DNA of 64,000 bases from Hormiphora californensis (Eukaryota; Animalia; Ctenophora). The stretch covers positions 8,184,001 through 8,248,000 of the forward strand of contig CM035355.1 of NCBI GenBank assembly GCA_020137815.1. Reading direction: 5' to 3'. This document shows, one piece after another, positions 34,849-46,504 of this stretch (the stretch's first letter is position 1; the number at the start of each line of letters is the position of its first letter). A program made the position numbers and the translations under genes. The notes under the pieces were generated by a model. That model made no database searches, was not told the origin of the DNA, and saw nothing but the letters and a program-made list of their open reading frames with translations.

Positions 34849-35687
34849 GGGGTGGAGGTAGGGTGGAGGTAGGGTGGATGGGGTGGAGGTAGGGTGGGTG
34901 GGGTGGAGGTAGGGTGGAGGTGGGGTGGAGGTGGTGGGCGGACTCTAGTGCTAACGGACTCTATATCTAAACCCAAGGAGGACTCTAGTAGTGTAGATTT
35001 AGTGCATCCACGCCAACTTGGTTTAAAACTTAGTGCAACCACGCCAACTTGGTTTAAAACTTAGTGCAACCACGCCAACTTGATTTAAAACTTAGTGCAA
35101 CCACGCCAACTTGTGAGACCATATCAGTCAATCCACGCTAGTGAATTCAGTATGCATGGTTTAACATGTGTTTAAATTATTCCACATGGGACCACAGGTT
35201 CTCCAATAGGATCTGAGTCCGATAGATTTAACCCTGTTCTCGCTTGGAATGTGTAGGGTAATGATAGCAGATGGGTATGGGGTAGAGAGCTATAGAGAGG
35301 GCGAGAGAGAGAGAGAGCGAGAAACAAAATTCAAGAATCCTTACAACTCCACTTCTGTACAGACTTGTATCATTAATCTCTAACAATATACAGCACCATG
35401 CACCACACGATTTAGCTCCCTACAGCTAGCGAGTCTCGTCTGAATTGCAATTAACTACCCAACCCCTACCAAAACAATTGATAGAAAGAGAGAGACTTAG
35501 AATCCCTTGAAACTACTGCGTAATTGCAAATGTCACTTCCACAATTATGAACTATTTCGAGATTACAACAACACTTGTTTGACAGCTGGCTTATTATAGT
35601 GGGTCGCGACAAAAGAGTAATTATCCAACCTACCCCACCCCTAGCCAGAGGACCACCATTACAGGCGTATATGTGGAGGTTATGTGC

Positions 35688-35787
<100 letters not shown>

Positions 35788-36556
35788 AACAAAATTCTGT
35801 CACTCGAGAACCCTTACAACACCACAGCTGTATAACAAACTTAATCTCTAACAATTACAGCAAGTCAGCGAGTCTAGTCTGATAAGCAATTAACCTCCAT
35901 ACTCCATCCATACCAAAACAATTGATAGAAAGAGAGAGACACACACAATTATGAACTAATTCGAGATTCAACACCACAACAACACTTGTTTGACAGGTGA
36001 CTATATTATAGTGGGCCGCGACAAAAGAGTAATTATCCAACCTACCGCACCCCCAGTCAGAGGTCACATGGGCAAGCTTATAAAAACCAAAGAAATTTCT
36101 GACCATTTCACTCCAAGCTGCTCCCCCTTCCATCCCCCAGACTTCAGTCAAGAAGCTACAACACCCTACTGTACCTCTCCAGAATGAACCTCTGTTTGAC
36201 GATGCTTTAAATTCATCTCTCAATTCTTAATGCTGTTTAGTTCTGGAATCTGAATATTTTAGATCTCAGAATTAAATAGCCACTATGAACTGAAAGTTGT
36301 GTTTATGACATGATCAAATTGAAATAAATTCTGAGGGGGTTAGGAAGGATTGTTGTTCGCTTCTACACTCAAGTCTGAGGGATGGAAGGGGGATAGCTTG
36401 TTTGTTTTTGTTATTTGTCTTGATAGGAAATTCAGTCGGATATTTAAAAAAGTTACTCAAATAGAGACCATTAATTTCAAACCCGACTGAATTTTCACTT
36501 GAAATTATATCTGTACCCCTGTTCACTGCAGATGCACTGCATCTCTCTCTCTTCCC

Positions 36557-36588
<32 letters not shown>

Positions 36589-36760
36589 ATTGCACTCAGC
36601 CTACTATCATAATAGACCATCGTAATATGATACCTAGATCTTAGATTCAACCCACAATTCCTGAGTATCATTGTGTAGTAGGCCAAATATTTCAGTCTCT
36701 CTCTCTCTCTTTGTCTTGTAACAAACATCAAGTAAGACTAATTCTTAAATTCTAGCAGTT

Positions 36761-37520
36761 ATGGGTCGCTTGCACCGTGATGGATCTTCTAGAGACAAGA
36801 AATATCCTCTTAAAGTATCTCAATTAGTTGAGACTTCTTCTTCTTCTTCTCAACAAAATAGCAGCACTCCGAAAGATAAAAAGAAGACTGGTCGTAAACC
36901 GCTAAAATTAGGATCATCTGTTAGTTGGGGTATGTTTACTACATCATATTAGCTGCAATATGTGTCACTAGGAGACTTGTTCAAGTAGCTGTTGACTCAA
37001 GTTCCTATATCACCCCTCATCTCAATTTGCAGAAGAACCCAAGCCGAATGATCACCTGAACAATGTGTACAATAATTGCGGTTGGTCTAACACGAAAGAT
37101 AATTGCAGCTACTGCGATAAGGTGAATTGTATTAACTATACTGCAAATTGCTTATTTTGTTGAAATAATTTGTTGCTATATTGTCACATTTAATTCCTTT
37201 TTGTAGATTGATAAATCACTAACTGAACGTGTGATGTTGCTGGAAGATCAGATCGCTATACTACAAGCACGGTTAAATTCCCTAACAGACACTAATTCAA
37301 CTGATTCAATAAACAGTTTTTTAGAAAGCTTGTCAGTATGTGCTCACACCAAGAAAAATTACTAGATATCTGGAGATTTGATATGTCAATAAGTGTGATT
37401 CTTTCTCTCTCTCTCTTTCTCAACAACACGGAATTACACTTAATATACTAATTATGTTATTACTGGATTCCGTTGGGTAAACCCTGTTGATCATCTACTC
37501 TATGCTATCTCGTCTCTCTC

Positions 37521-37568
<48 letters not shown>

Positions 37569-37586
37569 CTTCTCTCTTCTCTCTCT

Positions 37587-37635
<49 letters not shown>

Positions 37636-40600
37636 CTCTCTCTCTCTCCTCTACTCTCTCTCTCTTCTCTCTCTCTCTCTTCTCTCTCGCTATCTCACAT
37701 TATCTCTATCTCTCCGCTCACCATCTCTTGTGTGTCTCTTAGCTCTCTCTCTTCTTCACTCTAATCTCTCGCTCTCGCTCTCTCTATCTCTCTGTCCATC
37801 TATCTCTCTATCTCTCTATTTCTCTCGCTGTCCCATTATCTCTCTCGCTCCATCTCTCTGTGTGTCTCTCTAGCTCTCTCTCCTCCCTCTATCTCTCGCT
37901 CTCGCTCTCTCTCTATCTCTCTGTCCATCTATCTCTCTATCTCTCTTATTCCTCGATGGTCCCATATCTCTATCGTCGTCCATCTTCTGGTGCTCTCCTC
38001 TAGCTCTCCCCCCTCCCCACCCCCCAACTAAAATATGTAACTTTATCAGAATGTTAAGATTCGACTCTACTTTTGATACAACGCTGACTCCCACAACTAA
38101 GTCCAATAAAAAACGCATCGTTGATTTAATGATATGCACGGCTAACATATGAAATCAAAGGTTTACTTTTTTTACTTAGAGCTAATTATCGTATATGGCA
38201 ACTTTCGAGCATCAGAAAACTCTTTTAGATAAATTAAGGTTCAATCATTCCCTAGAAAAAGACAAAGACACATAGAGGCAAGAAGAGTGGTGATAATGAG
38301 TCTAGTGGTCAGGCTGACAAAGTTTGCGAACCAACATCACCAAGCGATAATGAGGTAAGATCAATAATAAACAATGTTTCTTACCACAAACGAACAAGTC
38401 TACCAAGCTTGCCCTCCAACTTGTGATATTGCCTTTTCACACGATAATTGCAATGCCCTCACGGGATGGAGATGTGAATCGACCTTACCGTGAGGGAGCT
38501 GCCTAGTTTTACACGCTATAACTTACCTGCACCACCACCTCTTTTTATAGGACTTACCGAGACTATTGTGGGTCTCTCCTGAGGAGGAAGAGGAGGAAAT
38601 TAGAGAGGCGAATATGGTTAAAAGGATACGGTTACTGTCAAGGAGGGAGATTAGGAAAGAGATACAGATATTGAAAGATGAACTGATAAGGCGTGTGAGA
38701 AGGAGTTGAGGGATCTTCACCAAATCTCATTATGAAGGTTAGCAATCTAATCTTCTTGGCAATTAATATTCTCCCTCTCTTTCTCTCTCTCTCTCTCTCT
38801 CACTCTCTCTCTCTCTCTTTTTTTAAAAACTATTCTGATTGTTATCATCTTTCTCAGAAGCTGCCGAGACACTTGCTGACGACTCCTGTGGCTGTCGTGT
38901 GATAAATAAAATGGACTGAAATTGTTATCTATTTTTAAAGCTGGTTATCATTTCCTATTCTTACCTTACCCTAACCACCACCCACCCACCCCCCCACCCC
39001 TTATCACTCTAAATCTATTATCTCTATTATATAGACTAAAAATGAAAACAAAGTCCACTGTGGCGGGACAGGTGTTAGTGTGTAACAATGAATCAGGACG
39101 AGAGCCCACATCGTAGTAAAAAACACATTAAAGCGCTGCAGAGGGTAAGTTGTCTCCTCACAACTCATTTTGAAATGGAATATTCAGAAAAATCCCCAAC
39201 TCACCCACTCCCCCACACACTACTCCACTTCCTATCATCAAATATATCCCCCCTCAGGACAGCTCGGGGCCTTGACTGAGGAAATGGTATCTGTGATGAG
39301 CCAACCCCCTCCTAAGGGTGCTAATGAAGTACCACAAAGGTTGCCCGAGGACTGGAAGGAAGATATCTAACATGCCACCCAGAGCTAAGGCCGATTTGGC
39401 GACTTCTCATTTTTCAGCACTCGGTATGTATTGTATATGATCGTTTATGACTAATCATAGCTCGTTACAAAATATCGAAAATTGCGGTACTATCAAAATT
39501 GTTTCCTAGGCCTCAACAGGAGGGATGGAGTTGAAGAGAGCAAATGTACCCTTTGTAGTGTGGTGTTTCCGAATACCGTTAGCAGGGACGCGCATCAAGA
39601 TGGAGCCAGACATCTGAAGGCTGTATTAGTTAGCCAAAAAATCATCCCACACCAGGTATTCAGCAGTTAGTCTTTGTGTTATCTAAGTCTATCAAACGGT
39701 TGTGTGTGAACCTCAGGGTTCAGCTATTTTCCACTGAGACCCAGGGTTCAGGTATCGTTACCTCTCCTCTATAGTTTACTTCTATCGAAATATAATACTG
39801 TATCAATCAGGTCTGATACGGAATCTACCGAGACACTTGCTGACGACTCCTGTGGCTGTCGTGTGATAAATAAAATGGACTGAAATTGTTATCTATTTTT
39901 AAAGCTGGTTATCATTTTCGCTATTCTTACACTAACAACCAACCACACCACCCACCCCCACCACCTATCACTCTAAATCTATTATCTCTATTAATAGCAA
40001 TAAAATGACAACAAAGTGCCACATGGGCGGGACAGGTGTTATTGTTACAATGAATCAGGCGAGAGCCCACATCAATAGTAAAAAACACCTAAAGCGGCTG
40101 CAGCAGGGTAAGTTGTCTCCTCACAACTCATTTTTGAAATGAATTCAGAAAATCCCCCCTCCCCCCCTCCCCCCATACTCCATCTCCTATCATCAAATAT
40201 ATCCCCCCTCAGGACAGCTCGGGGCCTTGACTGAGGAAATGGTATCTGTGATGAGCCAACCCCCTCCTAAGGGTGCTAATGAAGTACCACAAAGGTTGCC
40301 CGAGGAAGCTGGAAGGACAGATATCTAACATGCCACCCAGAGCTAAGGCCGATTTGGCGACTTCTCATTTTCTCAGAACTCGGTATGTCATTCTGATCGT
40401 TATGACTAATCATAGCTCGTTACAAAATATCGAAAATTGCGGTACTAATCAAAATTGTTTCCTAGGCCTCAACAGGAGGGATGGAGTTGGAGAGAGCAAA
40501 TGTACCCTTTGTAGTGTGGTGTTTCCGAATACCGTTAGCAGGGACGCGCATCAAGATGGAGCCAGACATCTGAAGGCTGTATTAGTTAGCCACAACAACA

Positions 40601-41814
40601 TGCCACACCCAGGTATCAGCAGTTGAGTCTTGGTGGTTATCTAAGTCTATCAAACGGTTGTGGGTGAACTCGGGTTTCAGCTATTTCCACTGAGACCAGG
40701 GTTCAGGTTCGTTACTCTACTCTTGTTTATCTATCGAAAATGAATACTGTTATCAATCAGGTCTGATACGGAATCTACCGAGACACTCCTGTGGCTGGAA
40801 ATGGACTGGAATTATCATCAAGGGGGTTATGTATAATACACTTTTCGACACGGGACTAAGCAAGGGGGTTGCAGGTCAGGCCTACAGAAGGTGGGGTGTG
40901 ACAGTGATTTCTTATGTACACATGATGAAAATGCAGGACTGGTTAGGGACCGGCCCCGCCCCAAGAGCTTGTTGACATAGCTCAACCAAGGCTAGCGGAG
41001 GGGGATAAGAGCTCAAAACAGGCATACGATGGTGATGTATGACTGTGGTTGAAAGTGAAGTGTTCTTTTTCATGTGAAAAATAGGGTTCAACGTATTAAT
41101 GCAGGAGGGATCTTGTTAGGATGACTGGAATTATTGTTGTTTATATTTATTCAAGCAAACTGGTTTTCATTTCTTATTTCTATACCCCGATAAAATAATA
41201 CTGGCTTTTTGCTTCATTTCCTTTTCACACCCATCCTCCCTCTCTAACATTTTAAACTCTTATAGCAACATGAATGATAGTAACCTCCTACTCCTCGCTG
41301 AGATAGCCAATCAAGTAGATTATTGTATCCATGGAGATAGACAGCAAGCAAACCATGTTAACTTTTATTCTACACAACAAGGTAATCCCCCCCCCCCCCC
41401 TTTGTCTCCCCCCTTACCTCATACCCATCGGCTATCCTGATATATGCATATATTCCCCTCAGGAGAGGATGGAGCTGAGACGACATTGGTTAGGAATGGT
41501 CAGTCTACCCTCCAGCTACAATCTGTGATTTCTCAACTGCAGCGGGGTAAACAAAACTCTCTCTCTCTTTCTCTACCTCTCTCTCCATCTCTCTCTCGCT
41601 CTCTCCCGCTCTCTCTCTCTCCCTCTCTCTCTCCTCTCCCTCTCTACCTCCATACCCATCTGCTATCATGATATATGCATATATCCCCCCCTCAGGAGAG
41701 GATGGAGCTGAGACGACATTGGTAAGGAATGGCCAGTCTACCCTCCAGCTACAATCTGTGATTTCTCAACTGCAGCGGCGGTAGGGTAAACAAAACTCTC
41801 TCTCTCTCTTTCTC

Positions 41815-41873
<59 letters not shown>

Positions 41874-42200
41874 CTCCATACCCATATGCTATCATATATC
41901 CCCCTCAGGAGAGGATGGAGCTGAGACGACAGTGCCTAGGAATGGGTCAGCTACCCTCCAAGCACAATGGCAATCTCTCAACCTGCAAGTGGGGTGGTAA
42001 ATAGAACTCTATCTCTTATTAATTACCACTAGACCTCCGGGACAATCTTTGGAAATAGCTCGTCCGTTCCAGCATTGCCAATATTTAGAACAATCCTCAG
42101 AATTCCTGTATAGTCCCGTGTCTTTGGGACAGGTGAAGGCCAGGGCCAGGGCTGGCAATACAGCCAACAGGGTCAAATACTGCATGATGTCTAGAGATAT
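36761..42200 (+). CDS. Multi-exon gene or pseudogene with matrin/U1-type C2H2 zinc fingers; exon structure blurred by sequence errors and duplications
   Basis: Exon-like pieces KCTLCSVVFPNTVSRDAHQDGARHLKAV (39510-39630 and 40468-40585) and ...AHINSKKHLKRL (40000-40107). Several ag/gt-bounded exons from 36761; many frameshifts. Confidence 0.4.
38860..40790 (+). repeat. About 960-bp tandem duplication (38860-39825 / 39826-40790) of zinc-finger exons
   Basis: Both copies start CCGAGACACTTGCTGACGACTCCTGTGGC and differ mainly by small indels. Confidence 0.8.
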
Positions 42201-43000
42201 TAGGGGGGGGGTTAGGTGCAGGCAATAGGGCCAACAGGGTCAGATACTGCATTGTCTAGATATTGGGGGGGGGGGGGGTTAGGTGCAGGCAACACAGCCA
42301 ACAGGGTTAGGTACTGCATGATGTCTAGATATTGGGGGGGGGGGGGGTTAGGTGCAGGCAACACAGCCAACAGGGTTAGGTACTGCATGATGTCTAGATA
42401 TTGGGGGGGGGGGGGTTAGGTGCTGCAACACAGCCAACAGGGTCAGGTACTGCATGTCTAGATATGGGGGGGGGGTTAGGTACGCAGGCAATACAGCCAA
42501 CAGGGTTAGGTACTGCATGATATCTAGATAATATGAGGGGGGTTAGGTACGCAGGCAATACAGCCAACAGGGTCAGATACTGCATGATGTCTAGATATTG
42601 GGGGGGGGGGGGGGTTAGGTGCAGGCAACACAGCCAACAGGGTCAGATACTGCATGATGTCTAGATATTGGGGGAGGGGGGTTAGGTGCAGGCAATACAG
42701 CCAACAGGGTCAGGTACTGCATGATGTCTAGATATTGGGGGGGGGGGGGTTAGGTGCAGGCAATACAGCCAACAGGGTCAGATACTGCATTGTCTATAGA
42801 TATTGGGGGGGGGGGGGTTAGGTGCAGGCAATACAGCCAACAGGGTCAGATACTGCATGTCTAGATATTGGGGGGGGGGGGTTAGGTGCAGGCAATAGGG
42901 CCAACAGGGTCAGATATACTGCATGTCTAGATATTGGGGGGGGGGGGGGGTTAGGTGCAGGCAATAGGGCCAACAGGGTCAGATATACTGCATTGTCTAT
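42153..43000. repeat. About 62-bp tandem repeat (G-run TTAGGTGCAGGCAATACAGCCAACAGGGTCAGATACTGCATGATGTCTAGATATT), about 14 copies
   Basis: Direct reading. Confidence 0.88.
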
Positions 43001-43451
43001 AAGGAGGGGGTTTAAAGTTGTAGTAGTAGTCCTCAAAATGATAATGCTTTTACATCTAGTTAGTGCGAAAAGATAAGATCTACTGGAATAATAACCAACC
43101 AACACAACAACAACAACAACAACAAAATGGATTTATATACCGACTAAATAGACAAGTACTCTCGATTGGTTCGAAGAGCAATTGCCATTCATAGCGGTTC
43201 TCTCATCCTATCTTGACATATTGGTTGACAAAAGGTCGTAAATGGTAACTCATACTGGTGACTTATAACTGACATATATAGTAGACTTTATTAACTCTCA
43301 ACACTTGGTGACTGTGGGTGACAAGTATAATCAGAAAAAATAATAACAAAAATGATAAACTGAATAGTATCTTAGATTATAAAGAATTATGTGACAGCAG
43401 CAGGGGTGACCGTGTGAGAACGGGGACTAGTGAATAACCGAAAAGAAATTA

Positions 43452-45275
43452 TTAAAGACTGATGTCGAAAACCAAATAAGGTCTTTCAGAGAAGGTAACA
43501 GTAGCATCGAACAGGTAGGTCTTCAGGCGAATACGGAAGGAGTCCTCTGAAGGTGCGTCTCTGAGGTTCTCCGGTAGGTTGTTCCAGACATGGGGGAGAT
43601 ATTGGGATATTCTCCTTTTTCCCAGTTTGCTCACTTTCACATTTCCAGAAAGTAGCTTTAACTTGTAATGGTCTACTTTACAGCTCTGACGAGTAGACTT
43701 CTGCACTGCAGTATTTTCATCATGTTCCACTAGATCCTGAAGGTACTGAGGGGCACTTCCATAATAGATCTTGTACCCTAGTAGACAGATTTTGAAAAAT
43801 ATCCTCTTCTCAATCGTAAGGATATGGGAATCACGGTAGAAGGGGTCCAGATCAACTTTCCTCTCTCTGACTCCATGGATGTACCTTATTACTTGATTCA
43901 TTAGTCCTTTCAGCGGCTTGATGGTAGAGGCCGGTAGGTTGAAATACAGGGCATTGCAATAGTCCACTTTGGATATGACCAGCTGGGAGGCAAGCATCAG
44001 ACGTAGAGGTTTATCAATGAATCGGCGGATCTGCCAGAGGTTCCTCATAGTAACTCCAGCATTCCTCTTGACCATGGAGATTTGACGTTTCATATCCATT
44101 TGTTCATCAAGATAGACACCAAGGGTCTTTCCCGATTTTCCAGCCATGTCCATGGGGGAAATGATGTTCCCATTTAGCTCAAGAGTCAGGTCACTCTCCT
44201 CGCGTACAATATCCATCTTCTTCTTCTTTCCCAGGATAAGAAACTCAGTTTTATCCTCATTAACCATCAGTCTGTTCTCAATCATCCACGTTCTTACCTC
44301 CTCCAAACATTTCTCAATAGTCTCCTTTGAACCTGTCCAGCCTTCTACAGGGCAGAATCCGATGTATATAGTGCTATCATCTGCATAAAGTCGTATTGTG
44401 AGTCCATACTTCTTTACAATAGGTTCTAGTGGTTCCACATACAGGGCAAAGAGGACAGGACCAAGGAGAGAGCCTTGGGGTACTCCATATTTGAGAAAGA
44501 GCCTAGGTGAGAGGGCATCTCCAATTTTAACTTTATAGCTCCTGTCATTGAGATAGCTAGTGAACCATTCGAGTACCGTTGATCCAATTCCAAACCGCTT
44601 CTCCAGTCTCTTCAAAAGCTGAGGGTGGTCAATGGTATCAAATGCAGCCGAAAGATCAATTTGAACGACTGCCACAACATTTCCTCTGTCCATTTCCCCA
44701 AGGACATCATCAACGACTCGCACCATATGTGTCTCACAACTGTGGTGTGTTGATATCAAGGGAACCATCTGTTTGAAGTCAAACTCCTCGATCATCTCCT
44801 GTAGCTTTTTTGGATAAAATTCATCAGGCCTTTCCATGTGAAAGTTGAAGTCTCCCATGATTAATGGTGTCCCGACTTTACAGTTTAGTTCCTCAAGGTA
44901 TCCCTTGAATTCATCCAGGAAGTGGCTCTGGGTATGAGGTGCCTTCTTCGAGTACGGTGGCCTATAGATGTTTACTAGCCGGTACATCTCACTAGCATTT
45001 CCAATAGTAGTCTCTGTACACTCAAAGGTCTTGAAACACTTGGTAGGTCCAGATTTAACACCCAGGTCCGCTCTGTATACCATTGCTACTCCACCACCAA
45101 TCCTCTGCTTCCTCGGTGCCGAGTGGATTTCCCATCCTCTTTCCTTTATCTCATGATGTTTAGCATTGTCACCTTTCCTCAGGTAGGTCTCTTGAAGAAG
45201 ACAGATATCAACAAGCTGGTCCTCAAGGTGTTCCAGTACACCAGCAGTCTTATTGACAAGGGAGTTGCAGTTCAA
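43452..45275 (-). CDS. LINE ORF2: APE endonuclease fused in frame to a partial RT (internal deletion)
   Basis: NCNSL, LQET, GGGVA, NIYRPP, GDFNFH (APE), then directly HSCET, DLSAAFDTIDH, GVPQGSLLGP, YADD (RT). Only 607 aa. Confidence 0.85.
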   Translation of the reverse strand: MNCNSLVNKTAGVLEHLEDQLVDICLLQETYLRKGDNAKHHEIKERGWEIHSAPRKQRIGGGVAMVYRADLGVKSGPTKCFKTFECTETTIGNASEMYRLVNIYRPPYSKKAPHTQSHFLDEFKGYLEELNCKVGTPLIMGDFNFHMERPDEFYPKKLQEMIEEFDFKQMVPLISTHHSCETHMVRVVDDVLGEMDRGNVVAVVQIDLSAAFDTIDHPQLLKRLEKRFGIGSTVLEWFTSYLNDRSYKVKIGDALSPRLFLKYGVPQGSLLGPVLFALYVEPLEPIVKKYGLTIRLYADDSTIYIGFCPVEGWTGSKETIEKCLEEVRTWMIENRLMVNEDKTEFLILGKKKKMDIVREESDLTLELNGNIISPMDMAGKSGKTLGVYLDEQMDMKRQISMVKRNAGVTMRNLWQIRRFIDKPLRLMLASQLVISKVDYCNALYFNLPASTIKPLKGLMNQVIRYIHGVRERKVDLDPFYRDSHILTIEKRIFFKICLLGYKIYYGSAPQYLQDLVEHDENTAVQKSTRQSCKVDHYKLKLLSGNVKVSKLGKRRISQYLPHVWNNLPENLRDAPSEDSFRIRLKTYLFDATVTFSERPYLVFDISL

Positions 45276-45286
45276 TGTTCCAACTC

Positions 45287-46504
45287 TTAGTGAGTTCTCC
45301 TTCTTTCCAAGAAGTCTCGTGCCTTCCGACTGTACTCGTTTTTTAACATCTCAGCTCCGGCTGTTCTACTCATCAATCTCTCCTTCTCCATGATAAAGAA
45401 GGGACATTGGAAACTGTTCGCTGTGTGGGTGGTGGCATTGAGCTGATCGATCTTGCTTCGGCTACTTTTGCAGTTTGCACAGCATCTGGAGTCAACTTTT
45501 CTATCCTTCTTCACTTGACAATCCTTGAACCGATGATTTCCAGCACAGTAGGTACAAACTGGATCACCGCTGTCTCTCCTGGGGCACATCACTGAGTCTG
45601 ATTTGTGACCATAGCGTTGACACTTGAAACATTGAACGATATGGAATCGATCCTTCACAATGTGGATTTGAAAATCAAGGTTAATTCTGTCATTCCTTTT
45701 GCGAACAATCTCCCGTATCTTTTTTGACATCTGGACAACTGCATATCGATCCTCCTTATGAAGAAAGATGACTTTCAGTTCCTCTTGGTGACTTTCAACC
45801 TGCTCTTTGATTTCCTCATTTTTCCTCAGTATTTCACTGTACACTTCCTCGGCAGTGGTAATTTCTCCAGCAATGTCTGAGATTGTAACTTTGGGATTGA
45901 GCTTCTTGGTGGTCAGAGTGGCTGTTGAAGTATCAAATTCAGATTTCAGCAGTTCTTCAGCTTTGTCTCGTTGAGACTTGTCCTTGAAAACTAGATTGGT
46001 ATCCTCTTCATTCGAGCTGGTTCCATCAACTGGGATTGACTGCAGAGTCTTTCGTACCTTCGCCTTTACAACTTTCCACTTTTCCAGTCCAACTTTCTCA
46101 AGTTTGAGGGTGTGCTTCTGTGGTGTCTTCTTGGGGCTGGGGTTGAGCAACTTTCCAGTATCATCAGTCTTCTCCTTGCCGTTTATCGCCTTCTGTATCA
46201 TGTCTGGTATGTTTGCAAAACACTCCCGCATAGCCTCAAGCTCCTTGAGAACCTGTTCAGACCTATCCTGTCCCACTACTGCTCCTTCTTCTGACTTGGT
46301 CTTCACAAGGTCTTCCTGCTGCTTGTCCACCATTCTCAATAGGTTAATAGCAAAATTCCATAGAATATCTTTAGTGATACCCGCTGGGGGAGCTTTTTTA
46401 CCTTGCAAGATTGGGTCCATATCCACAGGTAGATTATCTTTCATAAACGTGTCCAAATCTTTCCTCGTCCATAACTTTAGCGGGATTGCCTTCAATGTCA
46501 TCAC
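45287..46504 (-). CDS. LINE ORF1 (gag-like) with three CCHC zinc knuckles
   Basis: QCFKCQRYGH...C, CTYCAGNH...C, CANC...H.A....C; coiled-coil N-terminal region. Confidence 0.85.
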   Translation of the reverse strand: MMTLKAIPLKLWTRKDLDTFMKDNLPVDMDPILQGKKAPPAGITKDILWNFAINLLRMVDKQQEDLVKTKSEEGAVVGQDRSEQVLKELEAMRECFANIPDMIQKAINGKEKTDDTGKLLNPSPKKTPQKHTLKLEKVGLEKWKVVKAKVRKTLQSIPVDGTSSNEEDTNLVFKDKSQRDKAEELLKSEFDTSTATLTTKKLNPKVTISDIAGEITTAEEVYSEILRKNEEIKEQVESHQEELKVIFLHKEDRYAVVQMSKKIREIVRKRNDRINLDFQIHIVKDRFHIVQCFKCQRYGHKSDSVMCPRRDSGDPVCTYCAGNHRFKDCQVKKDRKVDSRCCANCKSSRSKIDQLNATTHTANSFQCPFFIMEKERLMSRTAGAEMLKNEYSRKARDFLERRRTH

